64,000 bases of DNA from Terriglobia bacterium. GTDB taxonomy: Bacteria > Acidobacteriota > Terriglobia > 20CM-2-55-15. The position numbers and the translations under genes are program-made. This document shows positions 50,201-57,881 of this stretch, piece by piece. The notes under the pieces were generated by a model. It saw only the letters and a list, made by a program, of their open reading frames with translations, searched no databases and was not told the origin of the DNA. Position 1 is the first letter of the stretch; every line of letters begins with the position of its first letter. The DNA lies in contig CBDAOY010000005.1 in the NCBI GenBank assembly GCA_965198225.1, positions 96,001-160,000 on the forward strand, given 5' to 3'.

Positions 50201-50343
50201 AAAGACCGCGGATCCTCGCGGAAGGTCTCAGTCGAAACCGATCCGGCCGAGAGCGCCCGCAACATCGTCTCGCCGGCGGATCGCACGCCCAGTCCGGGCG
50301 ACGAGCTGAGCGTTTCGATAAGGCTGGCGACCGGTTGAGTCAT
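47293..50343 (-). CDS. Dna2-like Cas4/RecB-type nuclease fused to SF1 (Upf1-like) helicase
   Basis: CP, KGMIVH, GRIDA..VVELKTG, H.AQL..Y, C..C.....C; GPPGTGKT, DEAGQ, IGDDRQLPP, QYRMH, ERFQG.E, NVALTRA. Confidence 0.85.
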   Translation of the reverse strand: MTQPVASLIETLSSSPGLGVRSAGETMLRALSAGSVSTETFREDPRSLIGPDHGVSRYLAQVIWRALEDDYTSIDDVITALYGVLDRNPPTLEARARGGVRGGDRVVIPEAKILRIRQPVETGDGHWEAGFEAEVTTGPLREREIEVRARSGVNPSACFIIPYFWVHASIAAYNLVPVSEGSFEDCPETFFVLEPLRQVNATSVARALNCPKPLVDQTRRGRGDVTVHTLKGMIVHAMFDRMLEGEDDIAASYEAVLPGYLVQMAAITDSDFDEDAFRAEALRHAAALKEFVDLNPHMREDPQVELRRYSATLGVQGRIDAVFTTGNRLDVVELKTGKRLREEDHAQLFIYRLLLSDWLRRREHMGDEPLEVTTRLLSSNDGTSTPLRTGADFARVLEARNRLAALSYALGRPRPHVPMRYADFDPGVCGACPSWTRRRCMESTEVFGDRPDAAPGPDLEYFRRFSTLVQAEKWTADKDLADLLDDSRRGFRVRNFKTICNARCSGSESGQFVFEFEENDSDLAVGDRVLIHSGRISSSPIFHGYLRSIGGREARISIPLKNVSKAAFEGPSWTIDRFPSDRTSEASQTALYDFLVSPDDPRKRIVLGDLSPALGEGTGDPDPTTGKSLELRSELNPSQVEAVRRAVECRVFRLIWGPPGTGKTKVVPEIVANVGGSVLLGAFTNTAVDKMLLAMLDHDPQARFLRIGRSKDSPELASRLGAEFATYFSDDLASATGSARELRQKLDSVPVVASTAHRASSHPYLRGRTFDMAIVDEAGQLTEPLTLGLIMRARRFVLIGDDRQLPPVVRLQDLGRSMFERLKEQAESAAPGILTLLDTQYRMHPEIMGVSNRLYYSGRLTSGVASEDRIPPVGAPIVFLPVGSDSDGRSNPAEAHVVRDLVEALRERVPAEAIGVISPFRAQVVLLRRLLEGTGVVADTVERFQGGERDVIVISFVRSRGTGFVFDDRRFNVALTRARRKLVMVAHPDLFRDTRYAWICGYAETPPTEAASSSAS

Positions 50344-50403
50344 GGCTGGAAATGAGGGCGGAACAGAGTGTGGCATTGACCACAGTCAAGACGGGTCCAG
50401 ACC

Positions 50404-50475
50404 GTCCAAAGTCCGAGGTCCGAGGTCAGGACAACTTGGACTATGACTTTGGACCTTGGACTTCGGGCCTTGGAC
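50404..50475. repeat. Inverted heptamer arrays (GTCCRAG / CTYGGAC) forming a hairpin
   Basis: gtccaaa gtccgag gtccgag gtc ... tttggac cttggac ttcgggc cttggac. Confidence 0.7.
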
Positions 50476-50491
50476 AGAAGGTCAACGACCG

Positions 50492-51145
50492 TCAGCGACC
50501 TTCTGACTCTTCCACACACGTCTTGGCCAACTCCTTGTCAGTCAACCAGAATTGACCGCTGATGAGACGGCCGCCGCCGACCGGCTGGTAGAGACCCTCT
50601 CGAGGCCCCATGTCCCACACCACCACGGGAGAGGCGCCCATACCCAGTTGCCACTCGCCCTCGTCGGTATAGGTGACGCCGGTCAGCGGATATTTCCAGG
50701 CCGGGGTGTGCGATCCAAACGGCACGGCCGGGCCCATAGCGTAGATGGAGCCGAGCAACTGGGCCGTGTTACCGAAGGCGCGGCTGTCGTCAAAGAGCAC
50801 CTGTACCGATGCGATCCGGTCATCGCAGAAGATGAGGTTGACCTGCTCGACTATGAAGTCCTGTTCGAACAGCATGCTGACCAGGCCGAGACCATAGTTG
50901 GAATCCGCAAGCGACAGCGTGTTGCTGCCCGACACCTCAGTCGGCAGCTTCGTCCGCGCGCGGAGTTGGGCGGCTTGCGCCGGTGCCAGCCGCTCGGTGT
51001 TCCGGATCAGAACCTGGTTCCATGGGTCGATGAGCTCGAGTGCCTGGTCGAAATCGCTGCCGAGCAGGTTCCGAAGAATTCCCATGTCGTCGATCTGGGG
51101 AGCGGCCAGAAGCGCGCCGATCAAGATCGTGCCCAGCAACTTCAT
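50492..51145 (-). CDS. Hypothetical exported protein
   Basis: Signal-like N-terminus; ATGA-coupled to the nucleotidase. Confidence 0.6.
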   Translation of the reverse strand: MKLLGTILIGALLAAPQIDDMGILRNLLGSDFDQALELIDPWNQVLIRNTERLAPAQAAQLRARTKLPTEVSGSNTLSLADSNYGLGLVSMLFEQDFIVEQVNLIFCDDRIASVQVLFDDSRAFGNTAQLLGSIYAMGPAVPFGSHTPAWKYPLTGVTYTDEGEWQLGMGASPVVVWDMGPREGLYQPVGGGRLISGQFWLTDKELAKTCVEESEGR

Positions 51146-52623
51146 TGTGCCACCTGGACCCTTCCGTCCAGCAGGCGCGGTATCGTCTCGAGGTCGCCGA
51201 CGTAGGCCGCGAACGCATCGCGCATCAAGACCCCGGTATCGCGAACATCGACCCCGTCGCCGAACTCGTCGATTCCATCGCCGCCGGCAACGAGGAAATC
51301 GTTTGTAGTGACCGAATACATTTCGTGATCCTCGATCGCGCCACCGTCGGACAACTCGAGGGACAACAACCGCTGTCCCGGGGGCCGGTCCAGGTCCACT
51401 CGAACTCGAATGCCGCTGACGGCCATCAGCCCGCGGCTGAGGATCCGTCTGAGGACCTGGCCGGGAAGATTCATCGTGACCAGGGTGTTGTCGAACGGCA
51501 ACAGCTCAAAAACGTGGGCGCGCGTCATCATGCCCTGGCGGATGTCGGCCCGAATACCGCCGAGATTGGTCACTGCGATCTGAGTCTTCCCTTCCGTTCT
51601 GAACGCGTCTGCCACGAGGTTGGCGACCGGGGACTCGGTGACCCTCGACCTCTTCATTTCCGTCGGCGAATGAGCCACGACCGACGTCATGTGGGACTCA
51701 ACCGCGACTTCATAGGGCCTCAGGATGTCGCGCACTTCGGCATCGACGGGGGCATCCCTGGTCGGAATGAGACGCGCCGTCATGCCCACGACCTCGGTGT
51801 CCTCGAAATCGATGTCGATCCGTCCCACGAAACGGCCGTAGTCGCCCGCCTGTACGATCATCGTCTCTCCTACCCGGATCGGTTCCCTCAGTTCCCGGTG
51901 GGAGTGCCCGCCGATGATCAGGTCGACTTCCGGAAACGCATTGGCGACGCGAAGCTCCTCGTCGGGCCGAATGTGGGCGAGGACGATCACGAAGTCGGTT
52001 TGCGCCGCGAGGCGGGGCAGCGAGTTCTCGATCGCCCGGACGACATCCATCACGTGGACCCGTTCCATGTTCTTCGGATGGGATGATGTCTTCAGTTCCT
52101 CGGTGGTCAGCCCGATCACTCCAAACCGGATGCCTTCGACGTTGAAGATCGCCCTCTGCTGGAGATCTTCGAGCGGCACTTGCACGTTAGCGGACAGAAA
52201 CCGGAAATCCGCGTCGATCATCCTCTCCCGGAGGATGTCGATGCCCTTGTCGAATTCGTGGTTGCCAAGAGCGACCGCGTCGTAGCCGATCGCGTTCATA
52301 ACATCGATGACCGCCCGGCCTTCGGACAGGTCCGCGACGGGTGTTCCTGTGAAAATGTCCCCGGCGTCGAACAGCAGTTGCGGTTCGATCTGCTTGACGA
52401 TGGCCGCGATGCGGGCGCTGCCACCCGTTTCGCCGTCGGCCAGGAGATGCCCATGAGTGTCGTTGGTGTGCAGGATAACGACATGAACGTCTTCCGCGGT
52501 GCCGAGCAACAAGCCCACCGACAGAAGCGGACCGAGCACCAGGAAGGCAAGACCTGGAAGGGTGGATGCTTTTTCCGCAAGTCGGCGGAACGAGGCAAAA
52601 ATCGAGTTGTTCGCGGTACTCAT
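51142..52623 (-). CDS. Bifunctional metallophosphatase/5'-nucleotidase
   Basis: HTNDTHG, DAGD, LGNHEFD, IGGHSH, N.GGIR, LPF.N, GGDG. Confidence 0.92.
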   Translation of the reverse strand: MSTANNSIFASFRRLAEKASTLPGLAFLVLGPLLSVGLLLGTAEDVHVVILHTNDTHGHLLADGETGGSARIAAIVKQIEPQLLFDAGDIFTGTPVADLSEGRAVIDVMNAIGYDAVALGNHEFDKGIDILRERMIDADFRFLSANVQVPLEDLQQRAIFNVEGIRFGVIGLTTEELKTSSHPKNMERVHVMDVVRAIENSLPRLAAQTDFVIVLAHIRPDEELRVANAFPEVDLIIGGHSHRELREPIRVGETMIVQAGDYGRFVGRIDIDFEDTEVVGMTARLIPTRDAPVDAEVRDILRPYEVAVESHMTSVVAHSPTEMKRSRVTESPVANLVADAFRTEGKTQIAVTNLGGIRADIRQGMMTRAHVFELLPFDNTLVTMNLPGQVLRRILSRGLMAVSGIRVRVDLDRPPGQRLLSLELSDGGAIEDHEMYSVTTNDFLVAGGDGIDEFGDGVDVRDTGVLMRDAFAAYVGDLETIPRLLDGRVQVAQ

Positions 52624-52832
52624 CGCCGGGAACCAGATGGGGAAATGCTACCATGGGGACGAGATGGAGAAAGTCGTGAAGGAGTTCTCGGATGCGGCCG
52701 TCTCCGGTTTGGTAGGAAGCTCCCGGAGGCGTATAATCCAAGCAGTTAGTGGACGCGACAGAAAGACGCCACGTTTCCCTCTCGTTACCGTCTACTACTC
52801 CGACGTCATCGAAAGCATCCGGAGGTGTCCCG

Positions 52833-53432
52833 ATGAAGACAAAGATTACGCTCGCGATCCTCGCGCTAACCGTAGTTGTCGTCTTGTCCCCGACCGCCGA
52901 AGCGCAACGCGCCGGTTTCGTCGTCGGCCTGGGGCCGGGAGCCGTCCACCAATCGATTTCGCCCCACCTGGTCGGACCTGTCGTTCAACCGTTCGTCTCT
53001 GCGCCTCCCTTCGGAGGAGTGATACCGCCCAGGCATCATGTGCCGCGAGGTCAGGTCATCCAGCAAGGCCAGATCATCTTCATCGGGCCGCCCACTGTGA
53101 AGTACGGGCCGGGGGTTAACCGCTCGGTCGGGCCAATCGTGGCGCCCTACGTCAGCGTGGTTACCCCGCGCGGATCCGGCGTCTTCCCGCGACGCCGACG
53201 CGGGCGCTTCGGCGGGACCCGGATCGTTCAACCCGGAGTGCCGAGCGTGGTCGTCAATCGTCCCGGAAGGGGCATCCGCAACGCGGGAACCGTCACGGGC
53301 CTGCCACGCGCGGACGTGCTCCGGCGTTTCGGACGTCCGAACGTCACGGTCTACAACGCCCAGGGCGAGACGCTGATTTTCGGTCACACTACTATCATCA
53401 TCCAGAATGGCGTCGTGGCCTTCGTGCAGTAA
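52833..53432 (+). CDS. Hypothetical exported Pro/Gly/Val-rich protein
   Basis: GGAGG RBS, signal peptide ending AEA; C-terminal G..RADV...FG.P (BamE/SmpA-like). Confidence 0.55.
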   Translation: MKTKITLAILALTVVVVLSPTAEAQRAGFVVGLGPGAVHQSISPHLVGPVVQPFVSAPPFGGVIPPRHHVPRGQVIQQGQIIFIGPPTVKYGPGVNRSVGPIVAPYVSVVTPRGSGVFPRRRRGRFGGTRIVQPGVPSVVVNRPGRGIRNAGTVTGLPRADVLRRFGRPNVTVYNAQGETLIFGHTTIIIQNGVVAFVQ

Positions 53433-54090
53433 GATCAGCGGGTGTCGGCTCTGTCCGCGCCTGGTCGAATACCGCGAGGAACTGGCGCGCACCAGGGTTC
53501 GACGTTTCGCGCATTGGAGCTACTGGGGTCGACCCGTCCCGAGCTTCGGTGATCGCCGCGCCCGCCTCCTGATTGTCGGCCTGGCGCCCGCTGCCCACGG
53601 CGCCAACCGGACTGGCCGGATGTTCACCGGGGACCGGTCCGGAGACTGGCTCTACGGCGCCCTCCACCGATTCGGATTTGCAAACCAGCCGACTTCGACC
53701 GATCGCAAGGACGGGCTGAAACTGTCCGATTGTTTCATCACTGCTGCCGCACACTGCGCCCCGCCGGCAAACAAACCCACGCCCGAGGAGTTGGCCAACT
53801 GCCGGCCATATTTCCTGGACGAATTGACACGACTGAAGAAGAGACTACGTGTCGTCGTTCCGTTGGGTCAGATCGGATTCCAGACATACCTGCGCGCCCG
53901 AACGGCACTGGGTTGGGAAAACCCGAGGCCGCTTCCGAAGTTCGGACATGCCCGGGAGGTCCGCCTGCCGGACGGCGTGACGATCGTCTGCTCCTACCAC
54001 CCGAGCCAGCAGAATACGTTCACGGGAAAACTGACCCAACCGATGTTCGACGAGGTTTTTAGGAAGGCGAGAGAAATAATCGAGGCATGA
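53407..54090 (+). CDS. Family 5 uracil-DNA glycosylase (UdgB-like)
   Basis: CRLCPRL, GLAPAAHGANRTGRMFTGDRSG, CAPP.NKP, YHPSQQN; start codon uncertain. Confidence 0.9.
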   Translation: MASWPSCSKISGCRLCPRLVEYREELARTRVRRFAHWSYWGRPVPSFGDRRARLLIVGLAPAAHGANRTGRMFTGDRSGDWLYGALHRFGFANQPTSTDRKDGLKLSDCFITAAAHCAPPANKPTPEELANCRPYFLDELTRLKKRLRVVVPLGQIGFQTYLRARTALGWENPRPLPKFGHAREVRLPDGVTIVCSYHPSQQNTFTGKLTQPMFDEVFRKAREIIEA

Positions 54091-54108
54091 GCGAGCGAAA
54101 CTTTATGT

Positions 54109-54174
54109 GTAGGTGCGCTCTATGAGCGCACAGGGTTTCGGCTCGAAGAATGTGAGGTCATAGACCGCCCCTAC
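54109..54174. repeat. REPIN (inverted REP doublet) between convergent genes
   Basis: gtaggtgcgctctatgagcgcac ... gtgaggtcatagaccgcccctac. Confidence 0.8.
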
Positions 54175-54201
54175 ACGCGGACGCGGGATTTCGGAGAAGG
54201 G

Positions 54202-54348
54202 TTACACCTGCCAGCGGACGTTGCACACGGAACAGGTCCACCACCCGTCGTGCCAATGACCCAGCGCGGAAACGGTATGCTGGTTGCCGCAGCGGACGCA
54301 TTTGGGTTTGCTCATCGGTTTCTTCCTGGAGGGTTTGGCTTCGGCCAT
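54202..54348 (-). CDS. 48-aa zinc-ribbon microprotein (below ORF-track cutoff)
   Basis: MAEAKPSRKKPMSKPKCVRCGNQHTVSALGHWHDGWWTCSVCNVRWQV*; AAGGAG upstream of ATG. Confidence 0.7.
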   Translation of the reverse strand: MAEAKPSRKKPMSKPKCVRCGNQHTVSALGHWHDGWWTCSVCNVRWQV

Positions 54349-54456
54349 TGGGACGTGCTCCTTTGCGTAACTTCTATTGGATCAATACTATACTACCTCC
54401 GCCTGTTCCAATGCAAATAGACGCGTGATGAGTGCTGAAGTCAAGCGCGTCCTCGG

Positions 54457-54834
54457 CTACGGCTCTTCTTCCAGCATCTTGCGAAACCGCCCCGACCGCA
54501 TGATCCGGACCCCGATCCCTCGGAGGGTCTCAGCCAGCAATCGGTCTGAAGTCACGGCGACAATCTCGCTGCGATCAATCACCTCCTCGGCCAGTTCGAC
54601 GATTCGGTGATCCGCGTCCGAGCCAGGACGCGCAAAGAAGACGGTGACACCATCGCTGAGATCGCCATCTTTCACATCCGGCAGCGGTCGACCGTCAAAT
54701 ACCACGATCGCCTCTTCCCCGTCCGCAACAACCCATTCCGAAGTCTCGCGCAACAGCCTCCGCTGGGCGCCGGGTTTATCGCGGTGCCACCCCACCCGCT
54801 GCCCCATCACGTTGTTGCCGTCAATCAGATACAT
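54457..54834 (-). CDS. NYN (YacP-like) ribonuclease domain protein
   Basis: YLIDGNNVM, VVFDG, DAD..I, VTSDR. Confidence 0.8.
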   Translation of the reverse strand: MYLIDGNNVMGQRVGWHRDKPGAQRRLLRETSEWVVADGEEAIVVFDGRPLPDVKDGDLSDGVTVFFARPGSDADHRIVELAEEVIDRSEIVAVTSDRLLAETLRGIGVRIMRSGRFRKMLEEEP

Positions 54835-55032
54835 CCGTCATCGGGGAGGTTTCGAATCGTCAAGGTCGCCATGGCGCATTCCCTGAAGGGCAGTCAGAAT
54901 GCTAGCGCATTGCCGCATCGGCCACAAATCCGAACTTTCCATCGCACATCCAGCAGGTCGGCCGGATTCGTATAGTCTTGTAACACTCCAGCTTCTGCAA
55001 CAAACTGCTTCTAAGGTCCAGGTGAAAGCGCT

Positions 55033-57456
55033 TTGAGGGCATGGAACCGAGTGTGGGTCGTTTCAAAAACACTGGCTCTTGCGGTCTGCCTTTTCGGAGC
55101 CTCGGCTGCGAGCGCCCAGGACTGGGAGTGGCGCGACATCACACCGACCTCCGGTGAGACGCCCGAAGCGCGACGCTACGGCAGTGCCGTCTATGATCCG
55201 GTCGGCGGGCAGGTCGTCATTTTCGGAGGCCGCGGAAGCAGCGGGTTTCTGAACGACGTCTGGGCGTTCGACGTCGATACGGAGGATTGGCGTCGTCTGG
55301 TCACCTCGGGCGCTTCTCCCGAAGCGCGTTTCGGCCACAATGCGGTTTACGATCCCGTCGGACACCAGATGGTGGTCTGGGCCGGCCAGGGGAGCCTCTT
55401 CTTCAACGATACATGGCGGCTCGATCTGGCCAGCCTGGAGTGGAGCGACGTCTCGCCTGTGGCCCGGCCGGCGGCCCGGTACGGCTCGGCCGCCATCTAC
55501 GATCCGGTCGATGACAGCCTGGTACAGTTCGCCGGCTTCACCCAGGAGGCCGCGCGATTCCAGGACACGCAGGCGTTTCGGATTGCATCGACAAGCTGGC
55601 TGGACATCACGCCGTCGAGCATCAAGCCACAGATCCGCTGCCTGCACACGGCCGCGCGGGATCAGACCGGCAGATTGATCGTCTACGGAGGCCAGCGCTT
55701 CGGCGCGCTCGGTGACCTGTGGGCGTTCGATATCCGTTCGCGATCGTGGACCGAACTGACACCGGCGGAATCGCCGCCGGGCCGCTACTTCTCCACAAGC
55801 TTCGTCGACAGCGAGGGCTCGTTCATCATTTTTGGCGGCACGACCTCCCAGGGAAACAGCAACGCCACGTGGGCCTACAGTTTCGACACCGGGCAGTGGC
55901 GGCAGCTCGACATCGACTCCGCACCCTCGGCTCGCAACGGCATGGTGGGTGCCTACGTCGAGTCCCAGGACCGGTTCATCATGTTCGGCGGAAGCGGCGG
56001 GGCCCTGTTGAACGATGTCTGGGAGCTGCGCCAGGCGGCGTCCGCGGACCAGTCCGTGACCATCCCCGGCCGGGGAGCAGTCTCTCTGACGAGCGCCGTG
56101 GACGGCGGGTCGACGGTGATCGGCCACACCCGCATCGCCGCCGGTTCAGGCGAGACGCTGCCGGCGGGCGCGGCCATCCTGGGCTTCCGCCAGAACGGCA
56201 TCCTCGTCACCGAAGCGGGCGTTCCGCCCTCTCCACTGAGCCGCGACGCACGCATCTACGTCACGCTCGAGGGGCCGGTCACGACGGGCCTCGCGATCGC
56301 CAACCCGAACGCGGAGCCGGTAAGCGTGTCGTTCTTCTTCACCGACGCCGACGGCGTGGACTCGGCCACCCGCGCGTTCGACATCGCCGCCAACAGCCAG
56401 ATGGCGGGATTCCTGAGCGAATCTCCGTTTGACGCGACGTCACCGTTCCGAGGTACGGTGACGCTCAATTCATCGCTGCCGGTATCGACAATCGCGCTTC
56501 GCGGACTGGCGAACGAACGCTCGGAGTTCCTGTTCACGACTCTTCCTGTGATGGGGTTGTCAGCGACGAGTTCCGAGACCGCCATCGTTCCTCATTTCGT
56601 AGACGGGGGCGGCTGGTCCACCCGGATCGTCCTTGTCAATCCGACCGATCTGGTCATCAGCGGGACGATGGAGTTCATCGATCCGGGGAGCGAAACGACG
56701 GGCGGGCTGCCTATCGAACTGGAGCTGGATGGTCAGACGGGCCAGAGTTTCTCCTACACCCTGAGTCCGCGAAGCGCCCGCCGGTTCCAGACCACGGGCG
56801 GGCTGCCAACGGCCCGCGTCGGCTCTGTCCGCATCGTCCCCACTGCAGGCGAAACCACTCCGTCCGCGCTCGCGATTTTTTCGTTCAGCGCCGGAGGTAT
56901 CACCTCGACCGAAGCCTCGATTTCGGCAACGACAGCCGGTTCCGCGTTCCGGGTTTACGCCGAGGTTGCAGGGGAGTCAGGCCAGATCGGATCGATCCAG
57001 TCCGGCGTCGCCATCGCCAATCCCTCTGCGTCCGGGGTTGCCGTCGCTTTCGAGTTGTTCGACCTGGCGGGCGCGTCTACTGGACTCACGGGAAACCTCT
57101 CTATTCCCGCGCAAGGGCAGATGGCGCTCTTCCTGGACCAGATTCCCGGCTTCGAGACTCTGACAAGCCCTTATCAGGGAGTCCTGCGAATATCGAGCAC
57201 AACGACGGGGATCCATGTGGCCGGAATTCGCAGCCGCTACAACGAGCGGGGAGACTTTCTGATCACGACGACACCGCCAGTCAACGAGTCGGAGGCGGCC
57301 GTGGATTCAGAACTGATCTTCCCCCACGTCGTCGACGGCGGCGGCTATACGACGCAGCTGATCCTGTGGAACAGAGTCGGGGCGGACTCCCCGTCCGCCG
57401 GCGTACTCCGTTTTTTCATGCAGGGCGGTCAGCAGAGCGCTTCGCCATTGCAGTAG
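55033..57456 (+). CDS. Secreted Kelch beta-propeller with duplicated acidobacterial-type beta domains
   Basis: Signal peptide; six P..R..H/S..YD...FGG...NDVW repeats; two G.AIANP / H.VDGGG..T repeats. Confidence 0.8.
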   Translation: MRAWNRVWVVSKTLALAVCLFGASAASAQDWEWRDITPTSGETPEARRYGSAVYDPVGGQVVIFGGRGSSGFLNDVWAFDVDTEDWRRLVTSGASPEARFGHNAVYDPVGHQMVVWAGQGSLFFNDTWRLDLASLEWSDVSPVARPAARYGSAAIYDPVDDSLVQFAGFTQEAARFQDTQAFRIASTSWLDITPSSIKPQIRCLHTAARDQTGRLIVYGGQRFGALGDLWAFDIRSRSWTELTPAESPPGRYFSTSFVDSEGSFIIFGGTTSQGNSNATWAYSFDTGQWRQLDIDSAPSARNGMVGAYVESQDRFIMFGGSGGALLNDVWELRQAASADQSVTIPGRGAVSLTSAVDGGSTVIGHTRIAAGSGETLPAGAAILGFRQNGILVTEAGVPPSPLSRDARIYVTLEGPVTTGLAIANPNAEPVSVSFFFTDADGVDSATRAFDIAANSQMAGFLSESPFDATSPFRGTVTLNSSLPVSTIALRGLANERSEFLFTTLPVMGLSATSSETAIVPHFVDGGGWSTRIVLVNPTDLVISGTMEFIDPGSETTGGLPIELELDGQTGQSFSYTLSPRSARRFQTTGGLPTARVGSVRIVPTAGETTPSALAIFSFSAGGITSTEASISATTAGSAFRVYAEVAGESGQIGSIQSGVAIANPSASGVAVAFELFDLAGASTGLTGNLSIPAQGQMALFLDQIPGFETLTSPYQGVLRISSTTTGIHVAGIRSRYNERGDFLITTTPPVNESEAAVDSELIFPHVVDGGGYTTQLILWNRVGADSPSAGVLRFFMQGGQQSASPLQ

Positions 57457-57591
57457 AAGCCCGGCTGGCCGGGTTCGCCAAAGTTACCCGAGTATGGTGG
57501 TGGGATTCTCGACCTCGACTGTCTCAGTTTCACCCATCGACGGCAGAACCCAAAGTGGTAGGATTCCGTAAGTAGTTTGTTTCGAGCCGCA

Positions 57592-57677
57592 GCCGGAGTG
57601 GCGGAATTGGCAGACGCACCAGACTCAAAATCTGGCGGGGATTACTCCCCGTGGGGGTTCAAGTCCCCCCTCCGGCA
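57592..57677 (+). tRNA. tRNA-Leu(CAA)
   Basis: Acceptor gccggag/ctccggc, anticodon arm ccaga-ctCAAaa-tctgg, long variable arm, GGTTCAAGTCC; CCA not encoded. Confidence 0.95.
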
Positions 57678-57829
57678 TTGGTTTTATGGAAGTTACACTG
57701 AATCGCCTCGCTTCAGTGGTTGCCGAGGGAGTCGTGCCCTGGACTCCTGTGTATCCGGGTCGATCGGAACGTCGAATTAGTGAATCGTAGCTCCATTACG
57801 GGACACCTGCACCCGACCCCGCGAGATCA

Positions 57830-57869
57830 AGCCCCTCGGAACGGATCGCGCGCTCGTTCCGAGGGGGCT
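57830..57869. terminator. Strong hairpin downstream of the 1069-aa gene
   Basis: agcccctcggaacg...cgttccgagggggct. Confidence 0.5.
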
Positions 57870-57881
57870 ACAACATGAGTG

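Noticed and set aside
48250-50355. 701-aa plus-strand ORF and similar long antisense ORFs (16596, 34003, 42803, 51040, 55063)
   Set aside because: GC-rich antisense shadows of motif-bearing genes.
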